This document shows, piece after piece, positions 63,101-64,000 of a DNA stretch of 64,000 nt (the first letter of the stretch is position 1; every line of letters starts with the position of its first letter). Below the pieces are notes generated by a model that was not told where the DNA came from, did not search any database, and was given only the letters and a program-made list of their open reading frames with translations. The DNA is taken from positions 11,704,034 to 11,768,033 of the forward strand of contig NC_068987.1 in assembly GCF_001194135.2 (NCBI RefSeq). The letters are read 5' to 3'. Position numbers and translations under genes: made by a program. This stretch comes from Octopus bimaculoides (Eukaryota).

Positions 63101-63165
63101 GATGAGATGAGTGCTGTCTCCTGATACGACCGGGTTGGATGTTTCAACATAGATGTAGTTTCCAG
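350..63165 (-). CDS. Multi-exon gene (38 coding exons in window) for a large tandem-MAM-domain extracellular protein, MALRD-like; 5' end outside the window, 3' end probably outside
   Basis: 38 exons with AG acceptors and GT donors (last one GC) join in one frame, 6,081 nt. Twelve repeats of MAM motifs CxFE..C.W / DHT..G.Y / C..F.Y / W / GDIAIDD..C. No LDL-A or TM segment seen. Orthology is not established. Confidence 0.93.
894..1077 (-). CDS. Exon 37: MAM12 C-terminal half
   Basis: taatttcag|[22 protein letters not shown]...[16 protein letters not shown]|gtcagt; 184 nt, phase 0-1. Confidence 0.9.
1184..1613 (+). mobile_element. SINE family A: tRNA head + CORE-like segment + internal (TA)n(TG)n + 3' tail, full length
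   Basis: A-box-like TGGCTGTGTGG, B-box GGTTCAGTCCC, CORE-like CACCTTGGGCAAGTGTC. Most abundant repeat in the window: also about 10320-10560, 17003-17412, 22930-23390, 27805-28228, 30225-30380(-), 31335-31760(-), 32178-32730, 38990-39160(-), 42372-42700, 44775-45050(-), 50160-50470(-), 55383-55535, 62660-62815(-). Confidence 0.88.
2230..2433 (+). mobile_element. Family F: 3' end of an RTE-type LINE or derived short element, with (GAT)n tail
   Basis: AGGAAGGGCATCCAGCTGTAGAAA...CCCATGCTAGCATGGAAAGCGGACG..TAAACGATGATGAT. The same tail ends the RT-coding remnant at 59170-60003. Other copies near 4330-4660, 7410-7870(-), 11570-11690(-), 18415-18650(-), 41640-41850(-), 46600-46851, 55545-55745(-), 57855-58130(-), 61180-61600. 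Confidence 0.8.
2771..2928 (-). CDS. Exon 36: MAM12 middle, part a
   Basis: ttttttcag|SMMYIGVSQ...[22 protein letters not shown]|gtaatt; 158 nt, phase 1-0. Confidence 0.9.
3170..3555 (+). mobile_element. SINE family C, full length with TSD
   Basis: tRNA head GTGGAGGCGCAATGGCCCAGTGG...GGTTTCGATTCCC; (CAA) tail; 11-bp TSD CCTACAAAAGA at 3159-3169 and 3556-3566. Confidence 0.92.
3955..4270 (-). mobile_element. SINE family D (CORE-type head + family C tail)
   Basis: Head TGGCTTAGTGGTTAG...GAGTTCGATTCC, CORE-like GTGTCCTTGAGCAAAACACTT, 3' part shared with family C. Other copies about 41330-41580 and 47765-48085. Confidence 0.82.
4740..4880 (-). CDS. Exon 35: MAM12 N-terminal
   Basis: ttgatcag|[46 protein letters not shown]|gtaagt; 141 nt, phase 1-1. 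Confidence 0.93.
6078..6263 (+). mobile_element. 5'-truncated family C/D SINE with TSD
   Basis: 10-bp TSD AGCTTTTAGT at 6068-6077 and 6264-6273; sequence matches the 3' half of 3170-3555. Confidence 0.88.
6734..6815 (-). CDS. Exon 34: MAM11 C-terminal
   Basis: ttattgcag|[27 protein letters not shown]|gtaagt; 82 nt, phase 0-1. Confidence 0.92.
7201..7383 (+). mobile_element. mariner-family transposon 3' end remnant
   Basis: [33 protein letters not shown] is a mariner C-terminus; TIR-like end ...GGACAACCCAATA followed by TA. Confidence 0.78.
7989..8251 (-). CDS. Exon 33: MAM11 middle
   Basis: atttgcag|HFMGAGS...ARLWTP...[15 protein letters not shown]...HQGRTW...NAF|gtgagt; 263 nt, phase 1-0. 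Confidence 0.94.
10563..11232 (-). mobile_element. Family A SINE with a family B SINE nested in its tRNA head (insert 10973-11208)
   Basis: Host head is split; TSD AGCTTCTTA at 10964-10972 and 11209-11217. Confidence 0.85.
11346..11492 (-). CDS. Exon 32: MAM11 N-terminal
   Basis: ttttcag|[48 protein letters not shown]|gtatgt; 147 nt, phase 1-1. Confidence 0.93.
11745..11920. repeat. 36-bp minisatellite, about 4.5 copies
   Basis: Unit ATTACCTGCCTCGCTCGTTAACAGGAAGTAAA(T/C)GAG. Confidence 0.92.
12078..12326. repeat. Degenerate ~26-bp tandem repeat, about 9-10 copies
   Basis: Consensus roughly ACCAGTGCTTTTTATGTGGCACCATC. Confidence 0.8.
12568..12757. repeat. (AGT)n microsatellite
   Basis: Direct reading. 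Other long tracts: (AAT)n 13521-13591, (GAT)n 14980-15175, (CAT/CAC)n 33540-33860, (TACA)n 61880-62660, (TAT)n 63352-63392 and 63857-63912. Confidence 0.95.
13629..13713 (-). CDS. Exon 31: MAM10 C-terminal
   Basis: aatttcag|[28 protein letters not shown]|gttagt; 85 nt, phase 0-1. Confidence 0.94.
14273..14607 (-). mobile_element. SINE family E (CORE-type head as in family D, different tail)
   Basis: Head TGGCTCAGTGGTTAG...GAGTTCGAATCCC, GTGTTCTTGAGCAACACACTTTATTTCAC, tail ending GTCATTCATGACCGAAGGGG. Other copies about 23905-24180(-) and 36985-37278(+). Confidence 0.85.
15227..15620 (-). mobile_element. SINE family C, full length with TSD
   Basis: 14-bp TSD TTGCTGTTGATTTT at 15213-15226 and 15621-15634. 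Confidence 0.9.
15679..15941 (-). CDS. Exon 30: MAM10 middle
   Basis: atttttag|GYYIYIESS...[14 protein letters not shown]...QKNKW...SSY|gtgagt; 263 nt, phase 1-0. Confidence 0.94.
17500..17634 (-). CDS. Exon 29: MAM10 N-terminal
   Basis: cattctag|[44 protein letters not shown]|gttagt; 135 nt, phase 1-1. Confidence 0.94.
18453..18499 (+). repeat. Interstitial telomeric-type repeat (TTAGGG)7
   Basis: Seven perfect TTAGGG units at 18456-18497 inside a family F copy. Confidence 0.92.
18660..19320 (+). mobile_element. Family A SINE with a family B SINE nested in its tRNA head (insert 18689-18921)
   Basis: TSD ATAAGAAGCTTGCT at 18675-18688 and 18922-18935. Confidence 0.88.
19368..19969. mobile_element. 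Head-to-head inverted pair of SINE family G (tRNA-like head, (AAT)n, hammerhead-like tail)
   Basis: Minus copy 19368-19710 (with N gap) and plus copy 19713-19969; junction ATATGCCC-GT-GGGCATAT; A-box TGGTGTAGTAG, B-box GAGTTCGATTCC; tail (TGTAAATAA)n. Confidence 0.85.
20235..20385 (-). CDS. Exon 28: MAM9 C-terminal plus P/T-rich linker
   Basis: gatttcag|[50 protein letters not shown]|gtaatt; 151 nt, phase 0-1. Confidence 0.92.
20705..20885 (+). repeat. Unclassified interspersed repeat family H (fragment)
   Basis: Matches 35200-35480 (minus) and 63393-63856 (plus), e.g. CATGATCAGAGATGCAC...GCAAATCTGTG..ATT.AGCAGAATATTTGCT; class not determined. Confidence 0.7.
21789..22063 (-). CDS. Exon 27: MAM9 middle
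   Basis: ctctgcctag|SYLFLEPT...[10 protein letters not shown]...HQGSSW...PFR|gtaagt; 275 nt, phase 1-0. Confidence 0.92.
23446..23580 (-). CDS. Exon 26: MAM9 N-terminal
   Basis: ttttccag|[44 protein letters not shown]|gtaaga; 135 nt, phase 1-1. Confidence 0.94.
24661..25010 (-). mobile_element. RTE (BovB-like) LINE 3' end with C-terminal zinc-finger motif
   Basis: Minus-strand [24 protein letters not shown] followed by a short UTR and a (TATG)n tail. Confidence 0.65.
25328..25489 (-). CDS. Exon 25: MAM8 C-terminal half
   Basis: tttttcag|[53 protein letters not shown]|gttgga; 162 nt, phase 1-1; weak donor, but the phase fits the next exon. Confidence 0.85.
25635..26525 (+). mobile_element. 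Internally deleted mariner element with both TIRs
   Basis: N-terminus [19 protein letters not shown]...SGRP; C-terminus [15 protein letters not shown]...YFEG, with stops. TIRs TGTTATCAAAAAATTCCTGGATTAGT (25640-25665) and ACTAGTCCAGGAACCATTTGATAACA (26499-26524). Confidence 0.88.
26908..27281 (-). mobile_element. 3' end of a HERO/NeSL-like (restriction-like endonuclease) non-LTR retrotransposon with a 32-bp TSD
   Basis: Minus frame [15 protein letters not shown]...[22 protein letters not shown]; flanking direct repeats at 26876-26907 and 27282-27313. Confidence 0.72.
27414..27620 (-). CDS. Exon 24: MAM8 middle
   Basis: ttattgtag|HYMYLRGNP...[11 protein letters not shown]...SIWMRS|gtaaga; 207 nt, phase 1-1. 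Confidence 0.9.
28823..28978 (-). CDS. Exon 23: MAM8 N-terminal (cysteine-free variant)
   Basis: tatttcag|[51 protein letters not shown]|gtattg; 156 nt, phase 1-1. Confidence 0.88.
29540..30214 (+). mobile_element. maT/DD37D-like (Tc1/mariner superfamily) transposase 3' remnant
   Basis: [24 protein letters not shown]...[14 protein letters not shown]...[22 protein letters not shown], with stops and frameshifts. Confidence 0.8.
30460..30547 (-). CDS. Exon 22: MAM7 C-terminal
   Basis: gaaacag|[29 protein letters not shown]|gtaagt; 88 nt, phase 0-1. Confidence 0.93.
30695..31025. mobile_element. Foldback MITE with ~150-bp imperfect TIRs and TAGGG...CCCTA termini (hAT-like); extra partial arm at 31067-31142
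   Basis: Left arm 30695-30843 is the reverse complement of right arm 30882-31025; flanks ATGTACAC / GATTACAC are a possible degenerate 8-bp TSD. Confidence 0.78.
33245..33501 (-). CDS. Exon 21: MAM7 middle
   Basis: ttgttcag|[22 protein letters not shown]...[14 protein letters not shown]...RWIQAQ...PFN|gtaagt; 257 nt, phase 1-0. Confidence 0.93.
34306..34446 (-). CDS. Exon 20: MAM7 N-terminal
   Basis: tgtttcag|[46 protein letters not shown]|gtgagt; 141 nt, phase 1-1. Confidence 0.94.
35761..35832 (-). CDS. Exon 19: P/T-rich linker exon
   Basis: cttttatag|[23 protein letters not shown]|gtaagc; 72 nt, phase 1-1; starts like the other linkers (C-x-x-x-P-x-x-A). Confidence 0.82.
36552..36636 (-). 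CDS. Exon 18: MAM6 C-terminal
   Basis: tttctcag|[28 protein letters not shown]|gtgagc; 85 nt, phase 0-1. Confidence 0.94.
37541..37800 (-). CDS. Exon 17: MAM6 middle
   Basis: ccattgcag|FYLYIDAT...[15 protein letters not shown]...DQGNKW...QYQ|gtattc; 260 nt, phase 1-0. Confidence 0.94.
38303..38440 (-). CDS. Exon 16: MAM6 N-terminal
   Basis: attatag|[45 protein letters not shown]|gtgagt; 138 nt, phase 1-1. Confidence 0.94.
38566..38975 (+). mobile_element. mariner transposase C-terminal fragment with 3' TIR
   Basis: FHQDNA*PH...[26 protein letters not shown]...[15 protein letters not shown]; ends ...GATGACCTGATA followed by TA. Confidence 0.92.
39421..39511 (-). CDS. Exon 15: MAM5 C-terminal
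   Basis: cttatag|[30 protein letters not shown]|gtatat; 91 nt, phase 0-1. Confidence 0.93.
40808..40930 (-). CDS. Exon 14: MAM5 middle, part b
   Basis: tttccattag|[41 protein letters not shown]|gtgaaa; 123 nt, phase 0-0. Confidence 0.87.
41916..42067 (-). CDS. Exon 13: MAM5 middle, part a
   Basis: tcttcaag|[50 protein letters not shown]|gtaaga; 152 nt, phase 1-0. Confidence 0.92.
43239..43537. mobile_element. piggyBac-type MITE nested in a family B SINE
   Basis: TTAA-CCCATTACCTACCA ... TGGGAGGTAATGGG-TTAA; removing it restores the SINE sequence CTGGTAC-TTAA-TTTATC. Confidence 0.88.
43710..43859 (-). CDS. Exon 12: MAM5 N-terminal
   Basis: tgacag|[49 protein letters not shown]|gttagt; 150 nt, phase 1-1. 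Confidence 0.93.
45357..45441 (-). CDS. Exon 11: MAM4 C-terminal
   Basis: ccttag|[28 protein letters not shown]|gtaaga; 85 nt, phase 0-1. Confidence 0.93.
45782..46010. mobile_element. piggyBac-type MITE (second family, ~225 bp)
   Basis: TTAA-CCCTTTCGTTAC ... GTAACGAAAAGG-TTAA. Opposite-orientation copies at 56398-56682 and 56706-56934; fragment near 40962-41040. Confidence 0.85.
46327..46900. repeat. 16-bp minisatellite (GAGCTCTCTGTAGGTG)n interrupted by a MITE and a family F copy
   Basis: Units at 46327-46430, 46562-46600 and 46852-46900; starts at an N gap. Confidence 0.85.
46433..46559. mobile_element. 127-bp Tc1/mariner-type MITE
   Basis: Perfect 29-bp TIR CAGGGTGTCCACAAAGTCTGGGTACATGG; TA TSD at 46431-46432 and 46560-46561. 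Confidence 0.93.
48152..48417 (-). CDS. Exon 10: MAM4 middle
   Basis: ttttcag|[10 protein letters not shown]...[11 protein letters not shown]...DQGPNW...DMK|gtaata; 266 nt, phase 1-0. Confidence 0.93.
48560..49110 (+). mobile_element. Degenerate RTE-clade LINE ORF fragment (region downstream of the RT core)
   Basis: [18 protein letters not shown]...[17 protein letters not shown]...AMCGVKL...GRPKKTW, with stops and frameshifts. Confidence 0.82.
49843..49983 (-). CDS. Exon 9: MAM4 N-terminal
   Basis: tttaatag|[46 protein letters not shown]|gtaaga; 141 nt, phase 1-1. Confidence 0.93.
51201..51562 (-). mobile_element. SINE family G copy with a partially duplicated head
   Basis: 51201-51338 is identical to 19368-19505; head segment TCAGGTCACTG.CTGGAATCGAACT occurs twice, separated by (AAT)n. 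Confidence 0.85.
52147..52306 (-). CDS. Exon 8: MAM3 C-terminal plus P/T-rich linker
   Basis: ttcacag|[53 protein letters not shown]|gtaagt; 160 nt, phase 0-1. Confidence 0.92.
52560..52915 (-). mobile_element. RTE (BovB-like) LINE 3' end with zinc-finger motif
   Basis: Minus-strand [14 protein letters not shown]...W...[23 protein letters not shown]; (TATG)n tail. Confidence 0.75.
53639..54063 (+). mobile_element. Family A SINE, near-consensus, ending about 20 nt from the exon 7 donor
   Basis: Nearly identical to 1184-1613 across head, core and tail. Confidence 0.9.
54083..54342 (-). CDS. Exon 7: MAM3 middle
   Basis: atcacag|SYMYIEASN...[15 protein letters not shown]...NQGKTW...EYR|gtaaac; 260 nt, phase 1-0. 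Confidence 0.94.
54951..55091 (-). CDS. Exon 6: MAM3 N-terminal
   Basis: ttttttcag|[46 protein letters not shown]|gtaagc; 141 nt, phase 1-1. Confidence 0.94.
56398..56934. mobile_element. Two adjacent piggyBac-type MITE copies
   Basis: Each is bounded by TTAA-CCCTTT and AAAGG(G)-TTAA; 23 bp apart. Confidence 0.85.
57104..57194 (-). CDS. Exon 5: MAM2 C-terminal
   Basis: ttttgcag|[30 protein letters not shown]|gtaagt; 91 nt, phase 0-1. Confidence 0.92.
57639..57695. repeat. 17-bp tandem repeat, 3 perfect copies
   Basis: CACCTGGATCCTTCCCC x3 + CACCTG. Confidence 0.92.
58446..58696 (-). CDS. Exon 4: MAM2 middle
   Basis: ttttcag|DYIYVDLTK...[11 protein letters not shown]...NEW...YEDLQ|gtcag; 251 nt, phase 1-0. 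Confidence 0.9.
59170..60003 (+). mobile_element. 5'-truncated RTE-clade LINE: ORF end + 3' UTR + (GAT)n tail; probable source of family F
   Basis: [26 protein letters not shown]...[20 protein letters not shown]...; UTR with repeated GCCAGTGGCA(C/T)(A/G)TAAAAAGCACC. Confidence 0.82.
60163..60306 (-). CDS. Exon 3: MAM2 N-terminal
   Basis: tttttag|[47 protein letters not shown]|gtaaga; 144 nt, phase 1-1. Confidence 0.9.
60680..60764 (-). CDS. Exon 2: MAM1 C-terminal
   Basis: tttcag|[28 protein letters not shown]|gtaatt; 85 nt, phase 0-1. Confidence 0.93.
62906..63165 (-). CDS. Exon 1 in window: MAM1 middle
   Basis: tttttacag|CT GGA AAC TAC ... CAG|gtatt; [11 protein letters not shown]...[11 protein letters not shown]...QGNKW; 260 nt, phase 1-0. 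Confidence 0.93.
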
Positions 63166-63349
63166 CTGTAAAAAGTTCCAAAAAAAAAACTATCATCTGT
63201 GTGTGTATATGAGCTGGCTGGTACAAACTTGAAGGTTCAAGTTATAACAGCTTTTAACAAAGCAAAAATTTATTTCAGTTTCAAAGAAGATATTAATGTT
63301 TTAGCTTACCACTGACGCCGCCAACGCCAACGCCGCTGACACTGATGAC

Positions 63350-63392
<43 letters not shown>

Positions 63393-63854
63393 GAGTGAGA
63401 GAGCAGTGCATGCCATCAAAGTGACACTGGGGTAAAATATACGAAGCCCATTATACCCATCATGACTACCCGTCTGATAAGGGTACACCAGGCACATGCA
63501 TCACAACCATATGTGTGCGATATAGTGATCTCCTATCAAGATAAATAGCTCATGACCTTGCAGGTGGGCCCAGTTAGAATTTTTCTTCAGGTCAAGTAGC
63601 CCATCCCACTTAAAAGGTCCCTGAATAAGGTTTGTTTAGGGATGTTGAGCAAAACACCCGATGTTTCCAAAGGTGAATTATTCAAAGCCCAAAGAATTCC
63701 TCTCAACACGTAGCTATGATGCTCCCCCACTACTTCTGCTCATGATCAGAGATGCACATATCGTCAGCCACTAAGGGTCATGCTCAACTGGTTAAGGTCA
63801 AACAACTGACAAGCAAATCTGTGGTATTAAGCAGAATATTTGCTGTAGCCCATC

Positions 63855-63856
<2 letters not shown>
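63393..63856 (+). repeat. Unclassified interspersed repeat family H, longest copy, flanked by (TAT)n on both sides
   Basis: Matches 35200-35480 (minus) and 20705-20885. Confidence 0.72.
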
Positions 63857-63915
<59 letters not shown>

Positions 63916-64000
63916 CATATTAATGCTTATGATAGCAATAATGAAGTTTATAATATGATTACTGTCTAGGGAAATATTCTTCACATGAAAACTTATGACC

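Noticed and set aside
350-63165. Naming the gene MALRD1, MAMDC or zonadhesin
   Set aside because: No LDL-A, EGF, VWD or TM modules are visible and both ends are unresolved; orthology needs a phylogeny.

Overview
AT-rich, microsatellite- and SINE-dense animal genomic DNA with several N gaps. The repeat content suggests an octopus (coleoid cephalopod); this is inference. The whole window lies inside one large minus-strand gene. I reconstructed 38 coding exons (63165 down to 350; 6,081 nt, about 2,027 codons) in one continuous frame with consistent splice phases. They encode 12 tandem MAM domains (the first incomplete) and no LDL-A, EGF or transmembrane segment, resembling a MALRD/MAM-repeat extracellular protein. 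The domains fall into four triplets, each closed by a Pro/Thr-rich linker. One domain has lost its first cysteine pair, and the last exon ends at either a GC donor or a stop plus AATAAA. The introns hold several tRNA-derived SINE families, RTE and HERO-like LINE ends, mariner/maT remnants, piggyBac-, Tc1- and hAT-type MITEs, minisatellites and an interstitial (TTAGGG)7. The most unusual non-coding items are a tRNA-headed SINE with a hammerhead-like core (once as a head-to-head inverted pair), a separate minimal hammerhead motif, and a perfect 79-bp inverted repeat. Exon coordinates were read by hand; repeat boundaries are approximate unless a TSD or TIR is given.
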